Positions 15,536 to 25,198 of a stretch of DNA of 32,000 nt are shown here, piece by piece. Each line of letters opens with the position of its first letter. Position 1 is the first letter of the stretch. A model generated the notes under the pieces. It was not told the DNA's origin, did no database searches, and saw only the letters and a list, made by a program, of their open reading frames with translations. Both the position numbers and the translations under genes were made by a program. The DNA comes from Pseudomonadota bacterium (lineage in GTDB: Bacteria; Pseudomonadota; Alphaproteobacteria; Rhizobiales; Rhizobiaceae), in the NCBI GenBank assembly GCA_038745535.1, contig JBCDLI010000007.1:1-32000 (forward strand). The letters run 5' to 3'.

Positions 15536-15574
15536 TTCGTAGTCAAGTACTCTATCCAGCTGAGCTACGGGTGC
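15498..15574 (-). tRNA. tRNA-Arg (anticodon ACG), 77 nt with encoded CCA
   Basis: The reverse complement reads GCACCCGTAGCTCAGCTGGATAGAGTACTTGACTACGAATCAAGGGGTCGGGAGTTCGAATCTTCCCGGGTGCGCCA. It folds as a cloverleaf with acceptor stem GCACCCG/CGGGTGC, anticodon stem CTTGA/TCAAG and loop CTACGAA. Confidence 0.95.
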
Positions 15575-15648
15575 TTGCAGTTGCCTGCGAGCCGCGTGGT
15601 ACGCGCTCGGTTTTCAAATTGCAAGAACTTCTATTGGGCCTTCGCAGA

Positions 15649-17121
15649 TTAAGCCGACTTCGCCGCGCGATGGCTAGCGAGCGAAACTGGGGCATCGGGC
15701 AACCTGATTTCAAAGTGTGTACCAACGCCGCGATCGCGCAACTCAATTGTCCCGCCCTGAGCTTGTACAAGCTCGTATGCGATCGCCAAACCAAGCCCCG
15801 TTCCGCCACTGCGCGCCGAGCCCTTAAACGCAGCAAAGAGGTTCTCGCGCGCCTTTTCAGGCAGGCCTGGCCCGGTATCTTCCACGGAGATAATTGTCGT
15901 CGAACCAAGCCGTGTCGCACTTAGCGTTAAGCGTTTGATCGCGTCGGGCGCATTGTCTTCCCGCATCGCCTGAACTGCGTTGCGAGAAAGGTTCATGAGC
16001 ACGCGAAAAAGATGTTCAGGGTCGCAATCAACTTCCATCTGCGGATCAAACATGCGGGCAAATTCAACATCGCCCTCCGTGCCAAGGCCGAGCAATTCTT
16101 CAACGTCATCAACGATGCCCGAAAAGCGGCAACGGCGACGATTGACCTTTTGCTCCGCGGCAGCGCCATACTCCAAAACTTCGCTGGTATAAGCGACCGC
16201 GCGATCAATTGATCGGACAAGTTTGGGTGCGAAGCGCTGGACAGATGGCTCATTGATGGTCGACAGACGATCCGACAGCAATTGCGCGGAGGCGAGTACA
16301 TTGCGCATGTCATGATTTATCTTCGAAACCGCCAGACCAAGGTCTGCGAGGTGTTTTTGGCCTTTGAGTGTGGAGTGCAGCTGCTCCTGCATATCCGCAA
16401 GCTCAGTTTCTATGATGCCCAGCTCGTCGTTCCTGCCCGTGGGCATGATAATTGTATCCCGGGTTTCCGGCTGGGCCGCAAATGCAAGCATGGAACCCGT
16501 GACGTTACGAACCGGCCGGATCATGATGCGGTTGATTGCAACGAAAACCAGCGCTGCTGTGATGAGTGAAATGGCCAGTGAAATCAGCGCAACATTGCGC
16601 GCATAAATAAATAACGCAGAGCGCAGCGGCTCCTCGTGGTAGACCATCTCAATGCGGTCCTGGCTTTCGCCGATATCGCCTACGACGCGAATGTTCCTAT
16701 CTCCGCCAAAAACCATGGTCTCAAACGCACCGGCAATGGCAGAGATTGCGTTGAAGTTGTCGACATCTACCATGTAGTCAGTGGCCGGTGGCATCTCAGA
16801 CACGACCAGCAATTCCGACATGCCATTGCGACGAAGCGCGATCGCCTTCGCGCCGGTGGCCATCAGCACATCATCTTGAACGGCACGGGGAAGCCGGTCA
16901 TCAGCTTGCGTAATCAGCACACTTGTGGCCGCGACCGTATCCAGCCGTTGATCGAGCCATGTGATGCGAAAATTTGCGACCGACGGGACAAATATTAGAA
17001 CCTCCGCAATCATCACGAAGAGAACTGTCAGCCACAAGAGCTTTGAAGATAGCCTTCTCTTTGGCTTGGGTGAAACGCGTTTTGGCTGCGCTTGATTTTT
17101 TGTTTTTATGTCGTTCGGCAA
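15649..17121 (-). CDS. Membrane-bound sensor histidine kinase
   Basis: Two TM helices are predicted. The H-box is KINHDMRNVLASA, the N-box LMNLSRNAVQA, and the G-boxes EDTGPGL and GGTGLGLAIA. Confidence 0.9.
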   Translation of the reverse strand: MPNDIKTKNQAQPKRVSPKPKRRLSSKLLWLTVLFVMIAEVLIFVPSVANFRITWLDQRLDTVAATSVLITQADDRLPRAVQDDVLMATGAKAIALRRNGMSELLVVSEMPPATDYMVDVDNFNAISAIAGAFETMVFGGDRNIRVVGDIGESQDRIEMVYHEEPLRSALFIYARNVALISLAISLITAALVFVAINRIMIRPVRNVTGSMLAFAAQPETRDTIIMPTGRNDELGIIETELADMQEQLHSTLKGQKHLADLGLAVSKINHDMRNVLASAQLLSDRLSTINEPSVQRFAPKLVRSIDRAVAYTSEVLEYGAAAEQKVNRRRCRFSGIVDDVEELLGLGTEGDVEFARMFDPQMEVDCDPEHLFRVLMNLSRNAVQAMREDNAPDAIKRLTLSATRLGSTTIISVEDTGPGLPEKARENLFAAFKGSARSGGTGLGLAIAYELVQAQGGTIELRDRGVGTHFEIRLPDAPVSLASHRAAKSA

Positions 17122-17206
17122 GGTTACACGCGCCCGGGTTCTAAATTTCCGAGATCAGTTAATCGCCGCCCACGATCAAGCAAGCGGCGGAAAGTTGAAC
17201 GCAGCG

Positions 17207-18682
17207 TTAGCCGAATTTGCGCAGGAAGGCGATCAGTTTGCGCACCCAAGGTTTACGGGTCATCGGCACGGAAAACTGGGTAGATGCGCGCTTCGTGATC
17301 TCGGTCATAGTCGGGTAAGGCGCTATGAAACCGCGGAGATCGCTGACCTTCATCTTCTTCGACATGGCCAGAGCAAAGATGTTGATCATCTCGCCAGCGC
17401 TTGCTCCAACAATGGACGCACCAAGAATTTTGCCCTTCTTGTCAGTCACGATTTTCACGAGCCCGGAGGTCTTTCGTTCGGCTTGTGCGCGATCATTCTC
17501 CGCATAGGGCCAGCGCAGCACGGTGATGTCTTTCGTCTCGTTTGCAGCCTGTTCCTCGGTCTGTCCGACATGCGCGATTTCAGGGTCTGTGTAGGTCGCC
17601 CAAGGCACGAGACCCGTATTTTCCTTGCCCGCCACGCGGAAGAGAATTGACTGAATGACCAGCCCGGCGTGGTAACCGGCAACGTGGGTGAACTGGAGCC
17701 CACCGGCGACGTCGCCAATGGCATAAACGCGCTTGTTGGACGTTCGAAGGTCCTTGCCGACCTTGATGCCTTTGCGGTCATAGTCGACGCCTGCTTCTTC
17801 CAGCCCCATGCCATCAACATTTGCAGCACGGCCTGTTGCGAGCAGTATATGCGTCCCGACAACGGAGCTTGCTTCGCCGTTTTGCTCAATGTCGACCTGC
17901 ACCCGCGTCTTCGATTTCTGGGATACTTTGACGACTTTGGTTTCCTCCAAAATCTCTACGCCGTCGCCGCGGATATTTTTCAAAGCGATGGCCGTCAGCT
18001 CAGGATCATCCTTTCCAAGCGCTTTTGCGCCTTCGATGACCGTAACCTGCGAACCGAGGCGACGGTGAGCTTGCGCCATTTCCATGCCGATTGGACCACC
18101 ACCAACGACGATCAGATGTCCGAGCCGTTTCGTTTCGTCGAAAAGGTTCTCGTTGGTGAGGTAGTTCACCTCTTCCAAACCCGGGATCGGTGGCACAAAG
18201 GCTCGTGACCCTGTGGCGATGACGAAGCGGCGCGCGCGGATTTCATAGTCGCCCGCGACAACTGTCTTACCGTCTTTAAACTTCGCGTAAGCCTCAATCA
18301 CCTTGACACCGAGCGACGTGAACCGCTCGACGCTGTCATTGGGTGCAATCGTGCCAATCACATTGTGCACGTGATCGTGGACTTTTTTGAAGTTCACCTC
18401 GGGCTCTACCGATTTCACGCCAAACTTGTCGGCGTGGCGCATGGTGTGAGCCGCTTTGCCAGCCGCGATGATCGCTTTTGATGGAACGCAGCCGTAATTC
18501 AGGCAGTCGCCGCCCATCTTGCCACCTTCAATGAGTACAACAGGGACACCGAAGGCGGCCGCTGCAGCGGCGACACTAAGGCCACCGGAGCCTCCGCCGA
18601 TGACACAGATGTCAGGGGTGAGGATCTCGCGCTCTTTTTGCGTGTTTGCTTTGTTTTGGTTGTAGGTTTCCGGACGCATCAC
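17207..18682 (-). CDS. FAD-dependent pyridine nucleotide-disulfide oxidoreductase (dihydrolipoyl dehydrogenase / mercuric reductase-like)
   Basis: The FAD-binding fold is VIGGGSGG. The redox-active disulfide motif is GGDCLNYGCVPSK. The NAD-binding site is VVGGGPIGMEMA. Confidence 0.85.
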   Translation of the reverse strand: MMRPETYNQNKANTQKEREILTPDICVIGGGSGGLSVAAAAAAFGVPVVLIEGGKMGGDCLNYGCVPSKAIIAAGKAAHTMRHADKFGVKSVEPEVNFKKVHDHVHNVIGTIAPNDSVERFTSLGVKVIEAYAKFKDGKTVVAGDYEIRARRFVIATGSRAFVPPIPGLEEVNYLTNENLFDETKRLGHLIVVGGGPIGMEMAQAHRRLGSQVTVIEGAKALGKDDPELTAIALKNIRGDGVEILEETKVVKVSQKSKTRVQVDIEQNGEASSVVGTHILLATGRAANVDGMGLEEAGVDYDRKGIKVGKDLRTSNKRVYAIGDVAGGLQFTHVAGYHAGLVIQSILFRVAGKENTGLVPWATYTDPEIAHVGQTEEQAANETKDITVLRWPYAENDRAQAERKTSGLVKIVTDKKGKILGASIVGASAGEMINIFALAMSKKMKVSDLRGFIAPYPTMTEITKRASTQFSVPMTRKPWVRKLIAFLRKFG

Positions 18683-19464
18683 TTGGCCCCTTTTAGCTTG
18701 CGAACAATGACGGGAATGGCAGCGACGACCGCAAGCCCTACAAACGCCAGTGTGATTTCAGTTGTAACGAGGTCGGCGATGGATGGCTCCGATCCAGACG
18801 CTTCGGCTGCATCGATTACACTGCCCACGCCCTCGCCCAGATAGGCGTACGCAAAGGTGCCAGGCAGTATTCCGAGAAAGGTGGCGATGACGTAATCGCG
18901 GACTTTGACCTTGAAGAGTGCAGGCGCAATGTTGGTGACAAAGAACGGGAAGACAGGCGCAATGCGCAAAACCAGAAGATAGCTAAACGCATCCTTTTCA
19001 AAGCCCTCTGCCATCGCCTTGACCCGTTTCGGCATCTTTTCGCGAAGAAATGCGCCAAGCGTGGATTTGGCCGCGAGAAAAATCGCCGTGGCACCGACGG
19101 TAGCACCCACGGCTACCATCAAACCGCCTGCGAGCCAGCCAAATAGGAAGCCGGCGAAAACCGTAAGGATCGAGGCCGCAGGGAAAGAAAACGCGACGGC
19201 AGTTGCGTAAATGGATGTAAAGGCCATGCCTGAGAGAATGGGCTGTTCAGCAACAAAGCCGGTTAGCATGGCCCGGCTCTCGGCAAGATAGTTCAAAGAG
19301 AAATAGTCCTGAACGCCAGCCGCGTAGGCCGCGCCCAACCCGCCTATAATGACGGCGAGAGGCGCAAACTTTTTGATCAACGACTTCGACGGCTGCTTTT
19401 GGCCATCTTTCGCCTCCGGTACTGTGGTGTCGTCTTCGATGTCATCTTGCACGGTGGTGATCAT
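18679..19464 (-). CDS. DedA / TVP38-TMEM64 family membrane protein
   Basis: It is polytopic, with the family-typical segments FPAASILTVFAGFLFG and RIAPVFPFFVTN. Its stop overlaps the oxidoreductase start (ATGA). Confidence 0.8.
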   Translation of the reverse strand: MITTVQDDIEDDTTVPEAKDGQKQPSKSLIKKFAPLAVIIGGLGAAYAAGVQDYFSLNYLAESRAMLTGFVAEQPILSGMAFTSIYATAVAFSFPAASILTVFAGFLFGWLAGGLMVAVGATVGATAIFLAAKSTLGAFLREKMPKRVKAMAEGFEKDAFSYLLVLRIAPVFPFFVTNIAPALFKVKVRDYVIATFLGILPGTFAYAYLGEGVGSVIDAAEASGSEPSIADLVTTEITLAFVGLAVVAAIPVIVRKLKGAK

Positions 19465-19790
19465 TATCGATTTCCCAAAATAAATGAATGGCTATGCATT
19501 CGTTAGGTTTCACTTGAGATCGAAATGACATCGTGAGCAAACAACAGGAACTGACATACGTGTGAAGCGCAGAGGCGTGAAATAAGATGTGATCACGCTC
19601 ACGCGGGTGTGATGCGAAGGTCCAGCCGGCAAAAGCGAATAGCGCGCCGCAAACAAGACCACTGCTTCAATTGACTTTGACGGGCGCATCGCGCATAGCC
19701 GCCGGACATCGGCGATACCGCGTGTCGCCGCCCAAATTTCATCGAAAATTAGGCCGCTTTGGCCGTCCTCACCGGAAGGCGGAGAAAAAC

Positions 19791-19931
19791 ATGTCAACGA
19801 AACGCACATTCCAACCCTCACGGCTCGTTCGTAAGCGCCGTCACGGTTTTCGTTCGCGTATGGCGACTGCAGCAGGACGTAAGGTCCTCGCTCGTCGTCG
19901 CGCAAAGGGTCGCAAGAGCCTTTCAGCCTAA
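19791..19931 (+). CDS. rpmH: 50S ribosomal protein L34
   Basis: The translation is [46 protein letters not shown]. An SD (GGAAGGCGGAG) lies upstream of ATG 19791. Confidence 0.95.
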   Translation: MSTKRTFQPSRLVRKRRHGFRSRMATAAGRKVLARRRAKGRKSLSA

Positions 19932-19948
19932 CTGAGCCCTATGCGGTC

Positions 19949-20320
19949 ATGCATTTGAATGACCATCGCAAAAATCAGAAGATCGCTCGCTTGAAAAAGC
20001 GCAGCGATTTTTTGCGTGCGCGAGAAGGTGGCCGGGCGCATGGAAAGCACTGTCGCGTGCAATTCCTGCCACTCACCGGCCATGCCGACATGCGAGCTGG
20101 GCTCACAGTCACCAAACGGGTTGGAAATGCGGTCGTGCGTAATCGGATAAAACGCCGCCTTCGCGCAGTGCTGGATAGCGGAACGCCGACAAATATGCCG
20201 ACGTCGGCAGACTTTGTCGTTATCGCGAAAGACACCGCCATCTCTGCACCCTTCAAAGAATTGCGTGCCGACGTGTATGACACCATCTCTAAAGCGGCCA
20301 AGCGCGCCAACAAACGCTAA
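19949..20320 (+). CDS. rnpA: Ribonuclease P protein component
   Basis: The RNR motif GNAVVRNRIKRRLR is present. It occupies the canonical position after rpmH. The start codon is uncertain. Confidence 0.85.
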   Translation: MHLNDHRKNQKIARLKKRSDFLRAREGGRAHGKHCRVQFLPLTGHADMRAGLTVTKRVGNAVVRNRIKRRLRAVLDSGTPTNMPTSADFVVIAKDTAISAPFKELRADVYDTISKAAKRANKR

Positions 20321-20349
20321 AAGCGAAGACCGGAAAAGACGGATCAAAA

Positions 20350-22146
20350 ATGGAAAACGGCAAAAATCTTCTGCTCACGATCGTCTTGTCTGTCGGCGTC
20401 TTGCTGCTCTGGCAGGTGTTTTTCATCAATCCCCGCCTTGAAGCTGAGCGGCAGGCACAAATTGAACAGGCCGAACTTCAAACTTCGACCGAAGAGGGCC
20501 TACCCGCCGCAGCCGTTTCCGGTGATGCAGGCATTCCACAGGCTGTGGCAGGCGATGGGATTGCCTCGCTGGATACCGAAGCTGCGATCAGCACCGGGGC
20601 GCGCGTGGCAATCGAAACAGAAACGCTCAGCGGCTCAATTAATCTTGCGGGCGCGCGCATCGACGATCTTTCGTTGAAACAATATCGCCAAGAGAATGAA
20701 GACGGTTCGCCGATTGTCGAGCTTTTAAAGCCGACCGGAGGTACAAATGCTTACTTTGCAGAGTTTGGATATGCCGGCTTTGAAGGCGCACCCGCTGCCG
20801 AGGCTGTATGGACGGCACCGGCTGGCGCGACGCTAACTGCGACCACGCCTGTTACCCTGTCGTACACAGCGGGGGATCTCACGTTCGAACGAACAATCTC
20901 CGTCGATGATCGATATATGTTCACCTTCGCAGACACTGTGACGAACGGTGGTGTTGGCGCAACCTCACTGCAGAACTACGGGCGCGTTACGCGCTACTTC
21001 AAACCCGCGGTACCGAGTATCTTCATCCTCCACGAGGGCATGATCGGTGTAACCGGGGAGGAGGGCCTACAGGAACACAGTTTCGGTGACATGGAAGACG
21101 AGCCGCGCATTACGCCTGGCAAATCAAACGATGGCTGGGTTGGCATTACGGACAAGTACTGGGCCGCAGCGTTGATCCCTGAGCAGGGCACGACATTTCA
21201 GCCGCGATACGCATACTTCGATCAGGGCGCTGTGCGTTGGCAGTCAGACTTCCTTGCCGATCCGATCGTGATCAATGCAGGCCAATCGGCAACTGTAACC
21301 AACCGCCTGTTTGCTGGCGCGAAGGTCTCCAGCATGATCGACGATTATGAGGCTGATCTGGGCATCCGCAGTTTCGAACTGCTGATCGATTGGGGATGGC
21401 TCTACTTCATCACCAAGCCGATGTTCCAAGTGCTCGATTGGCTGTTCAAACTCGTCGGCAATTTCGGCGTCGCCATCTTGCTACTAACCGTTGCTGTGAA
21501 GGCGGTATTTTTCCCGCTTGCCAACAAGTCATACGCGTCCATGGCGCGGATGAAAGTTGTTCAGCCGCAAATGCAGGAAATCAAAGAACGGCATGGCGAC
21601 GATCGCGAGAAGCTCCAAAAGGCGATGATGGAGCTTTACAAGAAAGAGAAGATCAATCCGATTGCCGGTTGTTGGCCAATTTTGATTCAAATCCCCGTTT
21701 TCTTCGCGCTCTACAAAGTGCTTTTCGTCACGATCGAAATGCGTCACGCGCCATTCTTCGGTTGGATTCAGGATTTGTCGGCGCCCGACCCCACGTCAAT
21801 TTGGGAGCTATTTGGCTTGATCCCTTGGGGCGCTGCTGAAATCCTGCCTGCATTCCTGCTTTTGGGAATTTGGCCTATCGTCATGGGCATCACGATGTTT
21901 GTGCAGATGCAGATGAACCCGGCGCCGCCGGACCCCACGCAGCAGATGATATTCCGCTGGATGCCAGTCATCTTTACGTTCATGCTCGCAACGTTCCCGG
22001 CAGGTCTGGTGATCTATTGGGCTTGGAACAATTTCCTTTCGATCCTTCAACAGGGCGTGATCATGAAGAAGAACGGCGCTGACATCGCGCTATGGGACAA
22101 TATTAGGGGCATGTTCTCGAAGAAGGCAAAGGACGGCGGTACCTGA
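20350..22146 (+). CDS. yidC: Membrane protein insertase YidC
   Basis: It has an N-terminal TM helix, a large periplasmic domain and a conserved C-terminal core (MARMKVVQPQMQEIKERHGDD...GCWPILIQIPVFFALY). Confidence 0.95.
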   Translation: MENGKNLLLTIVLSVGVLLLWQVFFINPRLEAERQAQIEQAELQTSTEEGLPAAAVSGDAGIPQAVAGDGIASLDTEAAISTGARVAIETETLSGSINLAGARIDDLSLKQYRQENEDGSPIVELLKPTGGTNAYFAEFGYAGFEGAPAAEAVWTAPAGATLTATTPVTLSYTAGDLTFERTISVDDRYMFTFADTVTNGGVGATSLQNYGRVTRYFKPAVPSIFILHEGMIGVTGEEGLQEHSFGDMEDEPRITPGKSNDGWVGITDKYWAAALIPEQGTTFQPRYAYFDQGAVRWQSDFLADPIVINAGQSATVTNRLFAGAKVSSMIDDYEADLGIRSFELLIDWGWLYFITKPMFQVLDWLFKLVGNFGVAILLLTVAVKAVFFPLANKSYASMARMKVVQPQMQEIKERHGDDREKLQKAMMELYKKEKINPIAGCWPILIQIPVFFALYKVLFVTIEMRHAPFFGWIQDLSAPDPTSIWELFGLIPWGAAEILPAFLLLGIWPIVMGITMFVQMQMNPAPPDPTQQMIFRWMPVIFTFMLATFPAGLVIYWAWNNFLSILQQGVIMKKNGADIALWDNIRGMFSKKAKDGGT

Positions 22147-22164
22147 TCGACGGTTCGCCGAAAG

Positions 22165-22821
22165 ATGTCTGATTACGATGCTGCCCTTCGTGCACTCGGT
22201 GCGACCGGAAACTGGTCTTTCCTGAAAAGCGTGCCGTCGATGGAATTTCTGCCTCCGTCCGGCCCGGCTGAGGTGGCCTTTGCCGGTCGGTCAAACGTCG
22301 GAAAGTCTTCACTCATCAACGCGCTGACGGGAAAAGGCGGGCTGGCGCGAACGTCGAACACGCCAGGCCGCACGCAAGAACTAAACTACTTTATCCCAGA
22401 TGGTTTTTCTGGATCAGAAGATGATCTGCCGCCTGTGGCGATTGTGGACATGCCGGGCTACGGCTACGCCCAGGCGCCCAAGGAAACCGTGGAAAACTGG
22501 ACGCGCCTCATCTTCGATTATCTTCGTGGACGAGTGACGCTCAAGCGGGTCTTTGTTCTCATCGACAGTCGCCACGGCGTGAAAAAGGTCGATGAAGAAG
22601 CACTTGATCTTCTCGATCAGTCAGCTGTTTCATACCAACTCGTGCTGACAAAGATCGACAAAATCAAGCCACCGGCGGTGAAGCGGGTTTTGTCTGAGAC
22701 CGAGAAGGCTATCGCAAGACGACCGGCAGCCTTTCCCGGGCTCATCGCGACCTCATCGGCGAAAAACACGGGGATGGATGACTTGCGCCGAGCCATCGCC
22801 TACGCTGTTGAGCCGCGCTAG
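22165..22821 (+). CDS. yihA: Ribosome biogenesis GTPase YihA/EngB
   Basis: The G1 motif is [15 protein letters not shown]3 is DMPGYG and G4 is TKIDK. Confidence 0.9.
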   Translation: MSDYDAALRALGATGNWSFLKSVPSMEFLPPSGPAEVAFAGRSNVGKSSLINALTGKGGLARTSNTPGRTQELNYFIPDGFSGSEDDLPPVAIVDMPGYGYAQAPKETVENWTRLIFDYLRGRVTLKRVFVLIDSRHGVKKVDEEALDLLDQSAVSYQLVLTKIDKIKPPAVKRVLSETEKAIARRPAAFPGLIATSSAKNTGMDDLRRAIAYAVEPR

Positions 22822-23333
22822 CCGACGACCGCTTCGGACCCGTCAGCTGGCTTGAACACCATCGCGACGCCGTTGATGCAGTGGCGCTTGCCCGTTGGTC
22901 GTGGCCCGTCATCGAAAACGTGGCCTAGATGCCCGCCGCAATTGGCACAGTGCTCTTCGGTGCGCACCATGAACAGGGACCGGTCTTCCTGATAACCGAT
23001 CTGACCTTCGATCTCCTGCCAGAAGCTCGGCCAGCCCGTACCGCTGTCATATTTGGTCTCAGACAAGAAAAGCGGTTCGTCGCAGGCAGCGCAATGGAAA
23101 ACACCCGCTCGTTTTTCGTCATTGAGAACTGACGTAAAAGGTCGCTCGGTGCCGTGTTCACGCAGCACATAATACTGCATTTCGGACAACGTTGCGCGCC
23201 ATTCGGCGTCGGTCTTCATTAGAGGAAATTCGCCAGAGGTTGCGGCCACAGCATTTTCAGACCCGGAAAATTTCGCGAGCCCAAATGCGCCAGCGGCGGC
23301 TCCGAACGTCGTCAGAAACTGTCTTTTATTCAT
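22818..23333 (-). CDS. msrB: Peptide-methionine (R)-S-oxide reductase MsrB with an N-terminal export signal
   Basis: The SelR motifs GTGWPSF and [10 protein letters not shown] are present, with zinc cysteines CAACDEP and CANCGGH. The N-terminus [20 protein letters not shown] is Tat-like. Confidence 0.9.
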   Translation of the reverse strand: MNKRQFLTTFGAAAGAFGLAKFSGSENAVAATSGEFPLMKTDAEWRATLSEMQYYVLREHGTERPFTSVLNDEKRAGVFHCAACDEPLFLSETKYDSGTGWPSFWQEIEGQIGYQEDRSLFMVRTEEHCANCGGHLGHVFDDGPRPTGKRHCINGVAMVFKPADGSEAVVG

Positions 23334-23496
23334 TCTTCAGCTCCAATCTTCTGCGCTTCATGTGGTGGCTTAGACCTCGGAACCAAAACACACAGAAGCA
23401 AACTTTCTGTGATCCCGATGTAACGAGAACTCGCTTTTTCGTTGTTGGTTGCACACCCATCCGCTAACCCGTTGGCAATCGGGGAACAGACTGAAC

Positions 23497-24399
23497 ATGC
23501 CGGATAGTAAAATCGCACCCACGCTTGAAGCGGCAATTCTCGCAAACGCCCTGCCCTACATGCAGCGCTATGCGGATCGAACGGTCGTGGTAAAATACGG
23601 CGGCCACGCCATGGGCGATGCGGACCTTGGCCGGGCGTTTGCACAAGACATCGCGCTTTTGAAACAGTCCGGCGTCAATCCCGTGGTCGTGCATGGAGGC
23701 GGCCCACAAATCGGCAATATGCTTTCCAAACTCGGCATCGAGTCCAAATTTGAAGGCGGCTTGCGCGTCACCGATCAAAAAACCGTCGAAGTGGTCGAGA
23801 TGGTATTATGCGGCGCGATCAATAAGCAGATCGTTGCGATGATCAATGCCGCGGGCCAGTGGGCAATCGGTCTATGCGGTAAAGACGGCAACATGGTCTT
23901 TGCGCGAAAAACGGAAAAGCGGGTTGTCGATAAAGAGAGCAATATCGAGCGTATTCTCGATCTGGGCTTTGTCGGCGAGCCTGCCGAGGTCGATCGCACC
24001 CTGCTCGATATGCTCGCTAAATCAGAGATGATCCCCGTCATCGCACCGGTCGCGCCGGGGCGTGATGGCCATACCTACAACATCAACGCAGACACTTTTG
24101 CTGGCGCCATTTCTGGATCGGTGAACGCTGAACGGCTTCTATTTTTGACCGATGTGCCGGGCGTGTTGGACAAAGATGGTAAGCTCATTGATGAACTCAC
24201 GATCTCAGAGGCACGCGCATTAATCGATGACGGCACGATTTCCGGCGGCATGATCCCCAAAGTGGAAACCTGCATCGACGCGCTGACGCGCGGGGTAAAG
24301 GGTGTGGTCATTTTGAACGGCAAGGTCGAGCATGCCGTGCTGCTGGAATTGTTTACCGAGCACGGCGCTGGAACATTACTCGTCCATGACCGCGGGTGA
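23497..24399 (+). CDS. argB: Acetylglutamate kinase
   Basis: Conserved segments are [22 protein letters not shown] and [12 protein letters not shown]. The start is placed at ATG 23497 (MPDSKIAP...). Confidence 0.95.
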   Translation: MPDSKIAPTLEAAILANALPYMQRYADRTVVVKYGGHAMGDADLGRAFAQDIALLKQSGVNPVVVHGGGPQIGNMLSKLGIESKFEGGLRVTDQKTVEVVEMVLCGAINKQIVAMINAAGQWAIGLCGKDGNMVFARKTEKRVVDKESNIERILDLGFVGEPAEVDRTLLDMLAKSEMIPVIAPVAPGRDGHTYNINADTFAGAISGSVNAERLLFLTDVPGVLDKDGKLIDELTISEARALIDDGTISGGMIPKVETCIDALTRGVKGVVILNGKVEHAVLLELFTEHGAGTLLVHDRG

Positions 24400-24400
24400 A

Positions 24401-25153
24401 ATGCGTCTGGGCAGCGATATCCCGATCTTTGTCATCAACCTAGATCGTGCGCCGGAACGTTTTGAAACTGTTTGCGGCAGCGCGCGCGATTACGGTCTTT
24501 CTCTCACGCGGGTTTCAGCAATCGACGGTCAACTTCTTCCGCCTCAACACACCCTTGCTGTAGATCTAAAGGCATTTCGAAGACAGCACGGTCGGGTTGT
24601 TCTTCCGGGAGAAATTGGTTGTTATCACAGTCACCTAAAGGCTCTCGGCGCCTTTTTAGATTCTCCTGCCAAATTTGGGCTTATTCTCGAAGACGATGTC
24701 AAATTTAGAGAGGATTCTATTTCCCGAATTTCAGCAATTGTCTCGAGGTGCGGTCAGTTTGGGGTCGTTAAGCTCGTCAATCATCGGTCAAATGGTTTTA
24801 TAACGCAGACCCAAACGCAAGCAGGCGACCAAATCGGTCGGACCATGTTCGGCCCTCAAGGCTCGGCAGCTGCTTACCTTGTGTCGCGCGAGGGAGCCCT
24901 TGAGCTTCTGGAAAAGATGGCACTTATGAGCTTGCCTTTTGACGTCGCTTTAGAACGCGGATGGACGCGTCTTAGCCCCTTTTACTCCGTGAAAACGCGC
25001 GTATTCAGTTTTTCAAAGCACCGTTCGTCTTCCGCTATCTCGGGCAAGAAGGAATACGCGAAGTCAAAGCCGCGCTGGTACTATCGAATACCGACCGCCT
25101 TTTTTCGGACGCTTGAGCAGTTTCAACGGCTCATCTACGCTCTAAGACAGTGA
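24401..25153 (+). CDS. Glycosyltransferase family 25 (LPS/LOS biosynthesis)
   Basis: The N-terminus IPIFVINLDRAPERFE and the segments GEIGCYHSHLKA and ILEDDV are typical of GT25. ATG 24401 is preferred (1 nt separates it from the argB stop). ATG 24386 is an alternative. Confidence 0.8.
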   Translation: MRLGSDIPIFVINLDRAPERFETVCGSARDYGLSLTRVSAIDGQLLPPQHTLAVDLKAFRRQHGRVVLPGEIGCYHSHLKALGAFLDSPAKFGLILEDDVKFREDSISRISAIVSRCGQFGVVKLVNHRSNGFITQTQTQAGDQIGRTMFGPQGSAAAYLVSREGALELLEKMALMSLPFDVALERGWTRLSPFYSVKTRVFSFSKHRSSSAISGKKEYAKSKPRWYYRIPTAFFRTLEQFQRLIYALRQ

Positions 25154-25198
25154 CTCACTCAGCAAACCGAAGCTTGCTGGACCTTCTCAGGGGCAAGA

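Noticed and set aside
15532-15924. ORFs 15532-15924(+) and 15552-15920(-) across the tRNA and histidine kinase 3' end
   Set aside because: They overlap the tRNA gene and the motif-bearing histidine kinase, and their composition is Arg-rich shadow-frame type.
17108-18208. + strand ORFs 17108-17650 and 17669-18208
   Set aside because: They are antisense to the flavoprotein disulfide reductase, which carries clear FAD/NAD and CxxxxC motifs.
19510-19905. 131-aa minus-strand ORF upstream of and over rpmH
   Set aside because: It is antisense to rpmH and its leader, and no motif was found. It is probably spurious. The region more likely holds the rpmH promoter (TTGACT-17 nt-CATAGC at 19671-19699, weak, not called).
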